Shown here: piece by piece, positions 1-9,804 of the stretch
How positions within the stretch are numbered: the stretch's first letter is position 1
Layout: every line of letters starts with the position of its first letter
Assembly: GCA_013626165.1 (NCBI GenBank)
Contig: NDHX01000006.1
Location: 2,060-66,059, forward strand
Reading direction: 5' to 3'
From: Candidatus Velesiimonas alkalicola
GTDB taxonomy: Bacteria > Omnitrophota > Gorgyraeia > Velesiimonadales > Velesiimonadaceae
DNA length: 64,000 nt
Translations under genes and position numbers: made by a program
The notes under the pieces: model-generated
Told to the model about the DNA's origin: nothing
The model's database searches: none
The model's input: the letters and a program-made list of their open reading frames with translations, nothing else

Positions 1-44
1 TGGTGGTTAACAGCCACTCGCTCTACCAACTGAGCTACGGGGGA
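1..44 (-). tRNA. tRNA-Asn (anticodon GTT), 3' part truncated by the window start
   Basis: The reverse complement reads TCCCCCG-TA-GCTCAGTTGGTAGAGC-G-AGTGG-CTGTTAA-CCACC..., giving a D-arm and an anticodon loop with GTT. The 5' U is as in E. coli tRNA-Asn. Confidence 0.8.
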
Positions 45-98
45 ATACAATAAAATAGCAAATGACAAATATCAAAATATCAAAATCCTCAATAAAAC

Positions 99-1688
99 TT
101 AAAAACTTAATTTGATAAGTTTCACACCGGTTATATTTTTAGAATTTTTAATTTGTTCAAGTACATTATCAGGCACTGCACTATCAATATTTAAAACTGT
201 TATTGCTTTTCCACCCGGTTTTTCTCTTCCAAATGTCATACCTGCTATGTTTATGTTATTCTTACCTAATATACTCCCTACACTTCCTACAATACCCGGA
301 ACATCTATGTTGTCAATAAGAAGCATATTGCCAGAAGGACTCACATCAACATAGAACTGATTTATTTTTACTATCCTTGGGTTTTTCTTTGTAAAAAGTG
401 TGCCTGCAACGGTATTCTCTACTTTGTCTGTTTGGACACAAACAGATATAAGATTTGCAAAATCTGAAAAAGTTGTTGATTTGGATTCAACAATCTTTAA
501 GTCTCTTTCCTGTGCTATTATCATTGCATTTACATAATTAACAGAACTTCCTACAACAGGAGTAAGAAATCCCTTTATAGCTGCGCGGCTTACCATACCA
601 ACATCAAGCAAAGACACATCTCCACTGTAGACTATGGATACTTCTGATACATACCCTGTTAAAATTTGCGCTTGAATAAGCCCTATCTTTTCTGCAAGGT
701 AAAGATAAGGCTCAAGCCCTTTCATTGCCTCTATCCCCAATGATGGTATATTTACAGCATTCTTAATCCCTTTTCCTGTTAGCGCATCTTTTATAAGATA
801 AGCAATCTCAACTGCAACAGCAGCCTGTGCCTCTTCTGTAGAAGCCCCCAGGTGCGGGGTCATAATCACATTTTCAAGTGAATAAAAAGGGTGTTCTTTT
901 TGAGGAGGTTCTTTTTCATACACATCAAATGCTGCACCGGCAACCTGTTTGCTTTTTATAGCCTCTGCCAGAGCAGTCTCATCTATGATGCCGCCTCTTG
1001 CACAGTTTATTATACGAACACCTTTTTTTGTAATGGACAGTTCTTTTGCTCCTATTATATACTTTGTTTCTTCTGTTAGAGGTACATGAACGGTTATGTA
1101 GTCTGCCTTATCAAGCAGTGTGTTTAATTGGACAAGTTCTATATCCATCTTTGATGCCTTGTCCAATGAAATAAAAGGATCATATGCCAGAACCCTCATT
1201 CCAAAAACGGATGCCCTTTTTGCAACTTCTGTTCCGATTCTCCCAAGCCCTATGATACCAATGGTTTTGCCTTGAAGTTCAACACCCATCCATTTTTTTC
1301 TATCCCATACACCAGACTTTAAAGATATATTTGCCTGGGGTATATTTCTTGAAAGTGCAAGCATCATACTGAAAGTGTGTTCTGCTGTTGAAATGGTATT
1401 ACCGCCCGGTGTATTGATAACAACAATACCCTTTTTTGTTGCAGCATCAACATCAATGTTGTCAACCCCTACACCTGCTCTTCCGATATACTTTAAATTT
1501 TTACCAGCGGATATAACCTCTTTTGTAACCTTCGTGCTACTTCGGACAATAAGGGCGATATACTCGCCTGCACAGTTCAATAACTGCTCGGGGGTTAGTT
1601 TTGTATGGACATCTACCTGAAAAGTTTTTTCCTGTTTTAAAATATTTATACCCTCTTCTGAAAGAGAATCGCTTATAAGTATTTTCAT
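99..1688 (-). CDS. serA: D-3-phosphoglycerate dehydrogenase with C-terminal ACT domain
   Basis: 529-aa ORF with a 2-hydroxyacid dehydrogenase NAD-binding core (GLGRIG motif) and a C-terminal ACT-like region. Its stop overlaps the next gene's start. Confidence 0.9.
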   Translation of the reverse strand: MKILISDSLSEEGINILKQEKTFQVDVHTKLTPEQLLNCAGEYIALIVRSSTKVTKEVISAGKNLKYIGRAGVGVDNIDVDAATKKGIVVINTPGGNTISTAEHTFSMMLALSRNIPQANISLKSGVWDRKKWMGVELQGKTIGIIGLGRIGTEVAKRASVFGMRVLAYDPFISLDKASKMDIELVQLNTLLDKADYITVHVPLTEETKYIIGAKELSITKKGVRIINCARGGIIDETALAEAIKSKQVAGAAFDVYEKEPPQKEHPFYSLENVIMTPHLGASTEEAQAAVAVEIAYLIKDALTGKGIKNAVNIPSLGIEAMKGLEPYLYLAEKIGLIQAQILTGYVSEVSIVYSGDVSLLDVGMVSRAAIKGFLTPVVGSSVNYVNAMIIAQERDLKIVESKSTTFSDFANLISVCVQTDKVENTVAGTLFTKKNPRIVKINQFYVDVSPSGNMLLIDNIDVPGIVGSVGSILGKNNINIAGMTFGREKPGGKAITVLNIDSAVPDNVLEQIKNSKNITGVKLIKLSF

Positions 1689-2833
1689 AAATCTGCTCTT
1701 TCTATAAATACTTTTTCTGCTGCTTTTAATCCAACGCCTGCCTGCATTTTATAACCCATCTTTATCAAAACAATCTCTAATGCGCATAATGCTACACAAA
1801 CATCCCATTGCGTCATATAACCCATTGTTGCAATCCTGAATATCTTTCCTTTAAGTTCTTCCTGTCCACCTGCAATTCCGACCCCATATCTGTCTCTAAG
1901 TGTTTGGACAAGTTTTTCACCATCTATACCGGCTGGAACATTTACAGCGGTAACCGCATTGCTTGCGCCTTGCTTGGGGAAAAGACACAAACCCATGGCC
2001 GCAATAGCCGCTCTTATTGCATCTGCCATTGTTTCGTGTCTGTTCCATATATTTTCAAGGCCATCTGATTTTATCATTTTCAAGGCCTCGGCAAGCCCTA
2101 TGATAAGGCTTACTGCTGGTGTAAATGGTGTGTCTGTCTTATCAAGTGCTTCTTTTGCCTTTCTCAAATCAAAATAGTATCTGGAAGATTTTGAAGACTC
2201 TACTGACTTCCATGCTTTTTGATTCAATGCAATAAATGATAATCCCGGCGGTATCATTAAACCTTTTTGTGAACCTGCAACAACAACATCCACTTTCCAT
2301 TCATCCATATGAAACGGAACAGAACAAAGCCCGCTTATGGCATCTACAACAAGAACCGCATCTGTTGAAGAAACAACACTTGCAATCTCTTTTATATTAT
2401 TTGTAACACCCGTTGATGTCTCAACAAGTGTAGTAAAAACAGCCTTTACACCTGGATTTTTATTAAGTAATTCCTTTATCTGATATGCTGAAACAGCCTC
2501 ACAGGATGGGATATCTATATAAAGGCAGGTTATATTGTAAGCCTCACATATTTCACCAAATCTTTCGCCAAATTTTCCACCTCTTACAATAATTGCCTTA
2601 TCTTCTGCAGATAAAAGATTTGCAACCGATGTTTCCATTGCACCTGTTCCGCTTGAAGCAAAGATATACACATTTTCTTTTGTCTGAAACACATACCTTA
2701 AATCTTCTTCAACCTCTTTCAGTACTGCCTGAAATTGAGGTGTTCTGTGATGAATAATCGGTTGCGCCATTGCAAGAAGAGCACTTTCCGGGACAGGTGT
2801 AGGACCTGGGGTCAGAAGGTAATTTTTTTGCAT
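1685..2833 (-). CDS. Class V aminotransferase, probably phosphoserine aminotransferase (serine-pyruvate/alanine-glyoxylate aminotransferase family)
   Basis: 382-aa PLP-dependent fold-type I class V pattern. It is translationally coupled to serA. Confidence 0.7.
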   Translation of the reverse strand: MQKNYLLTPGPTPVPESALLAMAQPIIHHRTPQFQAVLKEVEEDLRYVFQTKENVYIFASSGTGAMETSVANLLSAEDKAIIVRGGKFGERFGEICEAYNITCLYIDIPSCEAVSAYQIKELLNKNPGVKAVFTTLVETSTGVTNNIKEIASVVSSTDAVLVVDAISGLCSVPFHMDEWKVDVVVAGSQKGLMIPPGLSFIALNQKAWKSVESSKSSRYYFDLRKAKEALDKTDTPFTPAVSLIIGLAEALKMIKSDGLENIWNRHETMADAIRAAIAAMGLCLFPKQGASNAVTAVNVPAGIDGEKLVQTLRDRYGVGIAGGQEELKGKIFRIATMGYMTQWDVCVALCALEIVLIKMGYKMQAGVGLKAAEKVFIERADL

Positions 2834-2841
2834 TTCTCTTT

Positions 2842-3438
2842 CTATTTTTTAGTTTTTCTTAAAAGCACAACCTCATCTATTATTCCGTATTCTTTTGCCT
2901 CCTGTGAGGACATATAAAAATCCCTGTCTGTATCTTTCTGTATTTTTTCAAGAGACTGTTCTGTATGTTTGGCAATAATAGTATTAAGGTTGTCCCTTAA
3001 TTTTAGTATCTCTTTTGCCTGTATGCTTATGTCTGCTGCGGCGCCATGCACTCCTCCCCAGGGCTGATGTATCATAACCCTTGCATTGGGAAGAGAATAC
3101 CTTTTACCTTTTGTACCTGCGGCAAGAAGAACAGCTGCCATACTTGTTGCCATGCCGACACAATATGTTGCAACATCGCACTGTACATATTGCATTGTAT
3201 CATATATGGCAAGCCCGCTTGATACAGAACCACCTGGGCTATTCAGATATATGTTTATGTCTTTAGAAGGGTCTTCCATCTGTAAAAAAAGCATCTGGGC
3301 TATTACAAGATTTGCAACTATATCATCAATAGGAAAACCAATAAATATAATTCTCTCTTTAAGTAATCTTGAATATATATCATATGCCCTTTCTCCGCGT
3401 CCTGTTTGTTCAATGACCATTGGTATCAATCCATCCAT
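2842..3438 (-). CDS. clpP: ATP-dependent Clp protease proteolytic subunit
   Basis: 198 aa with ClpP motifs (GxSxAA with the active-site Ser, MIHQP). It lies downstream of tig in the canonical order. Confidence 0.95.
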   Translation of the reverse strand: MDGLIPMVIEQTGRGERAYDIYSRLLKERIIFIGFPIDDIVANLVIAQMLFLQMEDPSKDINIYLNSPGGSVSSGLAIYDTMQYVQCDVATYCVGMATSMAAVLLAAGTKGKRYSLPNARVMIHQPWGGVHGAAADISIQAKEILKLRDNLNTIIAKHTEQSLEKIQKDTDRDFYMSSQEAKEYGIIDEVVLLRKTKK

Positions 3439-3484
3439 ATTTCCCCCTCTTTTCTCTTGCTTGTGAGCCGATTACTTGTTATCT

Positions 3485-4780
3485 TTAGTTTCTCAGAGTC
3501 TCTATCTGTTCAACATTTGCGTTTTCCAAAAGAAAATTTAAGACCTTGTCTTCCGTAATTCTGTCATAAAGCCCATCAATTGCATTTTCCTTTTCTAAAA
3601 TCTTACGCATTTCAGAAGGTTTTTGGTCGTAGTGAAGTGCCATTTGTAAAACAGCACCGTTCACCTCTTCTTCTGTTGCTACAAGATTTTCTTTTTGTGC
3701 AATTGCGGTAAGTAAAAAATTTTGTTTAGTAAGACGGTCGGCAACCGGTTTTAGTTCTTCTAGGATTTTTTCTTCCTGCTTATTTATCTCTTCTACCGGA
3801 ACACCTTTTTTAAAAAGATCCACTTTTTGTTCCCTTACAAGTCTTTCAAGTTTAAATTTTGCCTGGCTCTGCGGAATATCTATACTTGTTTTTTCAAGTA
3901 AATGGTCAATAATCTGCTGGAAGCAATCTGCCTTGCTCTGGTTTCTTACGTTTTTTTCAACATTTTTTTGAACAAACTCTTTCAATTGCTCAAGGTTGGA
4001 AAATTTCATCTTCTTTGCAAGTTCATCATTTAATTCAGGAATACTTCGTTCCATTATTTCTCTAATATTTATTTTAAATTTTGCATCCTTTTCCCAATAT
4101 TCTACTTTTCCAACACGCTTTGGAACCTTTGCATCTATTTCTTTTGTAGCACCTGTATTAAGTCCCACCAATTGAAAAAGAACCTCCCGTAGATCAGAAC
4201 TTGCATCAACAAAAAACCATACACCTTTTTGTTTTTCTTCTCCTACACCGGGAACAGTAAAAACTATATCACACCGTATATAATCCCCGACTTGAATGGC
4301 CCTTGACTTAACCTTTTTAAAAACAGCAAACTTGTCCTGTAATTCTTTTAACACACCCTGAATATTCTCGTCTTTTACCTGTATCTTCTGTTTTTTTACT
4401 TTTATATTTTTATATTCAGGAAGATTAACCTCGGGGGCAACATCTACTATCATTGAAAACTGTAAAGAACCTCCCGGGTTATAATCAACCTTTGTAATCT
4501 CAGGAATGCTCACAGGTGTGAATTTTAAATTTTCCCATGCAATTGTAGATGCTTCCGGGATAATTTTTTTAATGGTTTGTTCAACTGCAAAAGAATTAAA
4601 CTGTTTTTCTACAATTTCACGAGGAGCATTTCCTTTTCTGAAACCAGCAATTTGGGCATTTTTAAAAATATCTTCAAAAATCCGTTTATATACTACCTGA
4701 AAATCCTGTTGTGAAACCTCTGCAAACACTTCTTTCCTGCAACCTTCGGAACTCTGTACTTTCGCACTTAAAAGATTCAT
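3485..4780 (-). CDS. tig: Trigger factor (ribosome-associated chaperone/PPIase)
   Basis: 431-aa ORF with trigger-factor domain organisation, in tig-clpP synteny. Confidence 0.9.
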   Translation of the reverse strand: MNLLSAKVQSSEGCRKEVFAEVSQQDFQVVYKRIFEDIFKNAQIAGFRKGNAPREIVEKQFNSFAVEQTIKKIIPEASTIAWENLKFTPVSIPEITKVDYNPGGSLQFSMIVDVAPEVNLPEYKNIKVKKQKIQVKDENIQGVLKELQDKFAVFKKVKSRAIQVGDYIRCDIVFTVPGVGEEKQKGVWFFVDASSDLREVLFQLVGLNTGATKEIDAKVPKRVGKVEYWEKDAKFKINIREIMERSIPELNDELAKKMKFSNLEQLKEFVQKNVEKNVRNQSKADCFQQIIDHLLEKTSIDIPQSQAKFKLERLVREQKVDLFKKGVPVEEINKQEEKILEELKPVADRLTKQNFLLTAIAQKENLVATEEEVNGAVLQMALHYDQKPSEMRKILEKENAIDGLYDRITEDKVLNFLLENANVEQIETLRN

Positions 4781-4925
4781 CTATTTCCTTTCTTTAATAT
4801 AATTCCGTTTACCGTTCTCCGTTCACCGTCACCAGTCACCTGTCGCCATTTTTCCCCTACCTATCACCTCCTACTTCTTATGCCAGTCACCAGAGCATCT
4901 GTTACCTGTCACCCATCGCCACATT

Positions 4926-4960
4926 TATATGGAGCGGGTGATGGGAAATTGAACCATCGC
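4926..4960 (-). repeat. Degenerate copy of the tRNA-Gly 3' end (acceptor/T-arm fragment)
   Basis: tatatggagcgggtgatggga matches the 3' end of the intact tRNA-Gly at 5077-5152, and the following 14 nt are similar. It has the same orientation and lies ~115 bp distal. Confidence 0.6.
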
Positions 4961-5076
4961 TTATGCTCTTTAAGGGAAAACCAATGTTTTTCCCTTAATG
5001 TTCTCTTTCCTTTTAAAACACAGGGGAAAACTAACCTTTTCCCCTGAGACCCCTTTGGTGGTTCAAATCCCTTATA

Positions 5077-5152
5077 TGGAGCGGGTGATGGGATTTGAAC
5101 CCACGACTTCCACCTTGGCAAGGTGGCGCTCTACCGGCTAAGCTACACCCGC
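5077..5152 (-). tRNA. tRNA-Gly (anticodon GCC), CCA encoded
   Basis: The reverse complement GCGGGTGTAGCTTAGCCGGTAGAGCGCCACCTTGCCAAGGTGGAAGTCGTGGGTTCAAATCCCATCACCCGCTCCA folds as a cloverleaf. Confidence 0.9.
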
Positions 5153-5177
5153 AGAAAAGTACAGAAACTACCCCAAG

Positions 5178-5260
5178 TGCGAGGGGCGGGAGTTGAACCC
5201 GCAATCGCAAAGCGAACTAGCTCCTAGGGCTAGCGCGTATGCCAGTTCCGCCACCCTCGC
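5178..5260 (-). tRNA. tRNA-Leu (anticodon TAG), long variable arm
   Basis: The reverse complement GCGAGGGTGGCGGAACTGGCATACGCGCTAGCCCTAGGAGCTAG... has a type II tRNA-Leu architecture with a T-arm GCGGGTTCAACTCCCGC. Confidence 0.85.
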
Positions 5261-5288
5261 TCAAAGCGGAATTTTGGCTCACACATAA

Positions 5289-5364
5289 TGGTACGCCCTG
5301 ATGGAATTGAACCATCAACCAACGGATTAAGAGTCCGCTGCTCTACCGATTGAGCTAAGGGCGC
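5289..5364 (-). tRNA. tRNA-Lys (anticodon CTT), CCA encoded
   Basis: The reverse complement GCGCCCTTAGCTCAATCGGTAGAGCAGCGGACTCTTAATCCGTTGGTTGATGGTTCAATTCCATCAGGGCGTACCA folds as a cloverleaf. Confidence 0.85.
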
Positions 5365-5446
5365 TAAAAAAACAGGACCTCCCTCGGATCTTTAATAATT
5401 TGGGAGCGTTTGTTTTTTCCCCTCTATAATGGTAGCATTGTCGGCA

Positions 5447-5746
5447 TTATCTGGGCAGGACAGGACCCGGTGGAACCCCCACATTAAGAGAGTCGCATTC
5501 TGGACACTTCTGTATCATAAGGCCTGGTCCTATCTCCATCGCCACAGGGTCATCAATGGGTTTAATTGCATAAATATAATCGCAATCAAAACACTTCATT
5601 GCTCTGTTAACTGTCATTTTCCTACAGACAGAGCATCTCATGGGGAATTCTTGCGCACCAGAAATTTTCTTAACTGACAAACTTGCTGGTCCACAAGGCT
5701 CACACACAAGGTTAGCCTCGTAATAATACTTTTTAGGAATAACCAT
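5447..5746 (-). CDS. Small cysteine-rich zinc-ribbon protein (four CxxC pairs)
   Basis: 99 aa with CEPC, CSVC, CFDC and CPEC motifs. It has no recognisable enzymatic domain. Confidence 0.5.
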   Translation of the reverse strand: MVIPKKYYYEANLVCEPCGPASLSVKKISGAQEFPMRCSVCRKMTVNRAMKCFDCDYIYAIKPIDDPVAMEIGPGLMIQKCPECDSLNVGVPPGPVLPR

Positions 5747-6189
5747 ACTAATGATTATCCACAGGCAGATAATGATAACTTCTACCTATTGGAAGAGTGC
5801 ATTTCACAATCTACCAAACATAAACACATGTGATAATACTTTTCAGGAAAAAATCTTACTGATGATTATCACCAGGCAGATAATGATAATACCTACCAAT
5901 ACTGCTGCTACCAGTTTATTTTTTTTCCACTCTGCTGCCATATACCCTCCTTGTTTTTTCCTCTTTTACCCACTTAGAAGCGAATATTTTATAGTTTACC
6001 AAACATAAACATAAAAGTCAATATTTTTGGATTTGCGAGGGCTCAGGCCTGAAGTAATCCTGTCGTTGCGAGGGCTCAAGCCCGAAGCAGTCTCATCTTT
6101 ACTGTGATTGCCACGTTCTTTTCAGTTGCTCGCAATGACTAACAAAAAAACGTGCCTGACTTTAATAATAAGCCAAGACAGGGCTCTGT

Positions 6190-9100
6190 CTATTTCTTAA
6201 ACTTAACGGAGACAACTTTTGAAATTCCATGTTCTGCCATTGTAACACCATATATAACATCTGCAATTTCTATGGTTTTTTTATTATGTGTAATTATCAG
6301 AAACTGTGAGTCTCTGACAAAGTCTTTTAAAAGTTTTATAAATCTTCCGATATTGCTTTCATCAAGGGGGGCATCTATTTCATCTAATATACAAAACGGA
6401 CTGGGCTTTACCTTGAATATGGCAAATAAAAGAGAAACTGCTGTAAGAGCTTTTTCACCTCCTGAAAGAAGTGCAATGCTTTGAAGTTTTTTACCCGGCG
6501 GCCTTGCAACAATTTCAATACCACTTATAAGGGAATTTGCAGGGTCTAAAAGAAAAATATCAGCCTCGCCTCCACCAAACAATTGTCCGAAATAGGTTTT
6601 GAAATGTTCTCTGACTTTTTCAAATGTTTGTGTGAACATCTCTTTTGCGGTTTTATCTATTTTTTCTATGGTCTTTAAAAGTGAGTCTTTTGATTGTACA
6701 AGGTCATCATGCTGTTGGGTTAAAAAATCAAATCTTTCTTTCAGTTCCCTGTTCTCCTCTATGGCACCCATATGGACCTGACCCATCTGTGCAATCCGCT
6801 CTTTTGATTGACCTATCTGAGTTGCTATCTGGTCCCAATGTTCAAGAGTATCTCTTCCTGTTAAATCAATCTCAATGTGATATGCTCCTTCTATGTGCAT
6901 TTTTATTGTTTCTATATTCTTGTCTATCTGGATAATTTCTATTTCAACATCTCTTTCTTGATTTTTTAAATCTTCTATCAGATTTCTTATATTTTGTAGC
7001 ATATTGCTATTTTCTTCAAAAGATTGTCCTGCTTTGTTCTTACTGTCTTCTTTTTCAGAAAGGATTTTCAAAAAATCATTTTCTTTTTGCCTGAATATCC
7101 AAAGTTCCTGTTCTAACTGAAAGTTATTATTTCTTATATCTTCAATTCTTGTTTTATTTTGCTCAATCTCTGCGGTTTTATCCTGTAAAGAATGATTTTC
7201 TGTTTCAAGGGATTTTTGCAAGACATGCACCGTTTCAAAAAAATGTTTTTCCTGATTTTTAAGGTTTGCCAGATGCCCTTCAATTTTAGTTTTATGAATA
7301 GCAATTTCCTGTTTTGAAAGATTTATCTGTTGTATGGATTTTTCGGCATCTAAAAGTTGATTTTCTGCAGTTTTTAGCTCAGACTCTATTTTTGATATAT
7401 CCGAATTAAGGATGTTGTTTTTGGTTTTTATCTGTTCAGCTTCTTCCTGTGTCTGAACTATATCAGTTTCTATGATTTTTTGCTCCTGCGTTATTTTTTC
7501 CATATTCTGTTTTGCAATGTTAAGGACTGTAAGCAGATGTGCCAGTCGTTCGGACTTTTGTCTTATCATTTCCGTAAAACCTGAAATCTCTTTGTTAAGA
7601 CTGTTTTCTTTATCTGTCAAAAAAAAGATCTGACTTTTCATTTCTGAGATACTATGTTCAATCTGTGATGTTTCTTTTTCTGCCTGACTTAATCTTGCCT
7701 GCCTTCCTATAACGCTTATATCTGAGATGTTTAAAGAACCGGTTGTAATGGTATATCTTGTTATGATATCTCCGTCTAATGTAACAAGTTTTATCATATC
7801 AGGACAGTCTTTTAAAATATTCTTTGCCTCTTCTATATTTTTTACACACCATACATCTTTTAATATCTCTTTAAACATTTTCTCCATCTCTTCCGGGACC
7901 TGTATACAAGAGGTGAACCTGCAGGCTCCCTGAATCTGCATATTATCATTTATAAGGGACGGGTCAATGCTGTCAGAGAGAATAAATGTTGCTTTTCCTA
8001 GGTCTTTTTGTTTTAATATCTGTGCTGCAATAAGTGCGGTATCTATATCTTTACAGATAAGAAATTTTGCAATTTCTTCAAGTTGTGATTCAACTGCTTT
8101 CTCAAATCCTTCCCTGGCCTGCATATACTGTGCAAGTGTCCCTTTAATATTTGATAACCTGCCGGCATCAACCTCGTCAAGTACTGCCTTTACACCGCTT
8201 TTGTATCCCTGATGATCTTTCTCAAGGGTTTTAAGCATTTCTGTTTTAGAAATACTTGCAGAATGCCTTTTTTCATATTCTAAAAGTTTTTCTGCCTTGT
8301 TTTTTTTCTCGGTTGATATAATCTGTATTTGCGAAAGAATACCATCCCTGCCCACTTGAGCCTTCTGTATTTTTATGTTTATTTTTTCAATATCGGCACC
8401 GAGTGTATCTATGTTTTGTAAAACAGTATCTTTTTGTTTCTGTATCTGCTCTGTATCTGCTCTGTATCTTTGAAGCCTTATACCGAGTTCATTAAGTTTG
8501 GCATTTATATTTAGGTATTCGTTTCTTAGGTTTGCTCTTTTTGTCTGGAGTTCAAATATTTTTTCTTTTAACTGTTTTAAGACAGATTGCTTTGCTTCAA
8601 ACTGGTCTATAATTGTTTTTTCTTTATCTGCCACAGAAGAAATCTCTGTCTCTATGTTTGCTATATCTAATTTTGTCTGCTCCTTTTTTTTTATAATTTC
8701 TGAAATCTGAGATTCAAGTGCATCTTTTCTTACCCCCAAAGATTCTATATCAGATAAAATCTTCAGGTTTGAAGAATTTAATTTATCAGACCATTCTTTG
8801 TTTGTATTTATCTTTTCCTGTGCTGAAAGTATAGAACCTTGAAGAGCTATCTGTTCAGCCTTTGTATTGGCAAGTTTTTGTTCTAACTGAAAAAATTCAT
8901 TTTTTAATTTTTCTTCATCTTCCTGTGATTTTTTAAGCTCATCAGATTTGGCTTTTATCTGTGCTAATATCTGCTCTGCTTTATCTTTAACACAGGCCCT
9001 CTGTGCCATAAGAAGAAGTCCTTTGTGCGTTGCTAATTTAACTTCCATAGAACGAAGAGTTTCAAATTCTTCTTTGTATCTTTGCGCCTTGACAACCTGT

Positions 9101-9768
9101 CTCTGTATAGAATTTAACTGCCTGTTTACTTCTGTAATTATATCATTTATACGAAGTATGTTATCTTCTGTTTCTATGAGTTTTCTTTCTGCCTCACTTC
9201 TTTTTGTCTCATACATTGTAATTCCTGCTGCTTCTTCAAACACAACTCTCCTGGATTCCGGTTTTGATTCAATAATCTGTGCCATCCTTCCCTGATCCAT
9301 AAATGAATAAGCAGATGCTCCTATACCTGTGCCTGCCAAAAGTTGTTCAATATCTCTTAGCCGCACAACAGTGCCATTTAACCAGTATTCACTTTCGCCC
9401 GCCCTGAACAGTTTTCTTGTAATTGTAACCTCATCATAGTCAATGGGAAGAATTTTTGAAAAGTTGGAAAAAACTACGCTTAATTCCGAAAGGTTCATAG
9501 GGGGGACCGTCTTGGTTCCGTTGAATATAAGGTCTTCCATTTTTGAAGCCCTTAAAAGGCGAGGATTTTGCTCGCCGAGGACCCATCTTAAACCATCGGA
9601 TATGTTTGATTTACCACAGCCATTCGGACCAACGATTGAGGTAATACCGGGTTCAAATACCAGTTCTGTTTTGTCTACAAAGGATTTAAAACCCAATAGT
9701 GTAATACGCTTTAAAAAATGCTTATCTTCCAATGCATCTCCTGTTTTAAGAGCCTGTGAGCACAACAT
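6190..9768 (-). CDS. smc: Chromosome segregation protein SMC
   Basis: ~1190 aa with an N-terminal Walker A (GPNGCGKSN), long coiled coils, a hinge, and C-terminal ABC signature/Walker B (LSGGEK, ILDEIDAPLD). The true start is probably slightly internal, near FLKRITLLGFKSF. Confidence 0.95.
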   Translation of the reverse strand: MLCSQALKTGDALEDKHFLKRITLLGFKSFVDKTELVFEPGITSIVGPNGCGKSNISDGLRWVLGEQNPRLLRASKMEDLIFNGTKTVPPMNLSELSVVFSNFSKILPIDYDEVTITRKLFRAGESEYWLNGTVVRLRDIEQLLAGTGIGASAYSFMDQGRMAQIIESKPESRRVVFEEAAGITMYETKRSEAERKLIETEDNILRINDIITEVNRQLNSIQRQVVKAQRYKEEFETLRSMEVKLATHKGLLLMAQRACVKDKAEQILAQIKAKSDELKKSQEDEEKLKNEFFQLEQKLANTKAEQIALQGSILSAQEKINTNKEWSDKLNSSNLKILSDIESLGVRKDALESQISEIIKKKEQTKLDIANIETEISSVADKEKTIIDQFEAKQSVLKQLKEKIFELQTKRANLRNEYLNINAKLNELGIRLQRYRADTEQIQKQKDTVLQNIDTLGADIEKINIKIQKAQVGRDGILSQIQIISTEKKNKAEKLLEYEKRHSASISKTEMLKTLEKDHQGYKSGVKAVLDEVDAGRLSNIKGTLAQYMQAREGFEKAVESQLEEIAKFLICKDIDTALIAAQILKQKDLGKATFILSDSIDPSLINDNMQIQGACRFTSCIQVPEEMEKMFKEILKDVWCVKNIEEAKNILKDCPDMIKLVTLDGDIITRYTITTGSLNISDISVIGRQARLSQAEKETSQIEHSISEMKSQIFFLTDKENSLNKEISGFTEMIRQKSERLAHLLTVLNIAKQNMEKITQEQKIIETDIVQTQEEAEQIKTKNNILNSDISKIESELKTAENQLLDAEKSIQQINLSKQEIAIHKTKIEGHLANLKNQEKHFFETVHVLQKSLETENHSLQDKTAEIEQNKTRIEDIRNNNFQLEQELWIFRQKENDFLKILSEKEDSKNKAGQSFEENSNMLQNIRNLIEDLKNQERDVEIEIIQIDKNIETIKMHIEGAYHIEIDLTGRDTLEHWDQIATQIGQSKERIAQMGQVHMGAIEENRELKERFDFLTQQHDDLVQSKDSLLKTIEKIDKTAKEMFTQTFEKVREHFKTYFGQLFGGGEADIFLLDPANSLISGIEIVARPPGKKLQSIALLSGGEKALTAVSLLFAIFKVKPSPFCILDEIDAPLDESNIGRFIKLLKDFVRDSQFLIITHNKKTIEIADVIYGVTMAEHGISKVVSVKFKK

Positions 9769-9804
9769 TCCTGTTTTTGTAAGAATAGGAATGAAAACTT
9801 AAAA

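Noticed and set aside
4909-5121. 70-aa ORF overlapping the tRNA-Gly region, and the many 60-140-aa plus-strand ORFs inside minus-strand genes (e.g. 112-354, 1808-2068, 6645-6935, 15961-16395, 62082-62654)
   Set aside because: They lie antisense to or overlap well-supported genes or tRNAs and have no recognisable domains. They are typical spurious ORFs of the six-frame track.
5748-5897. Possible CRISPR array (two ~37-bp repeats)
   Set aside because: Only two repeat copies are present, and their period is ~112 bp, far longer than a CRISPR repeat+spacer unit. There are no cas genes and no further repeats, so a hairpin-repeat element is more parsimonious.
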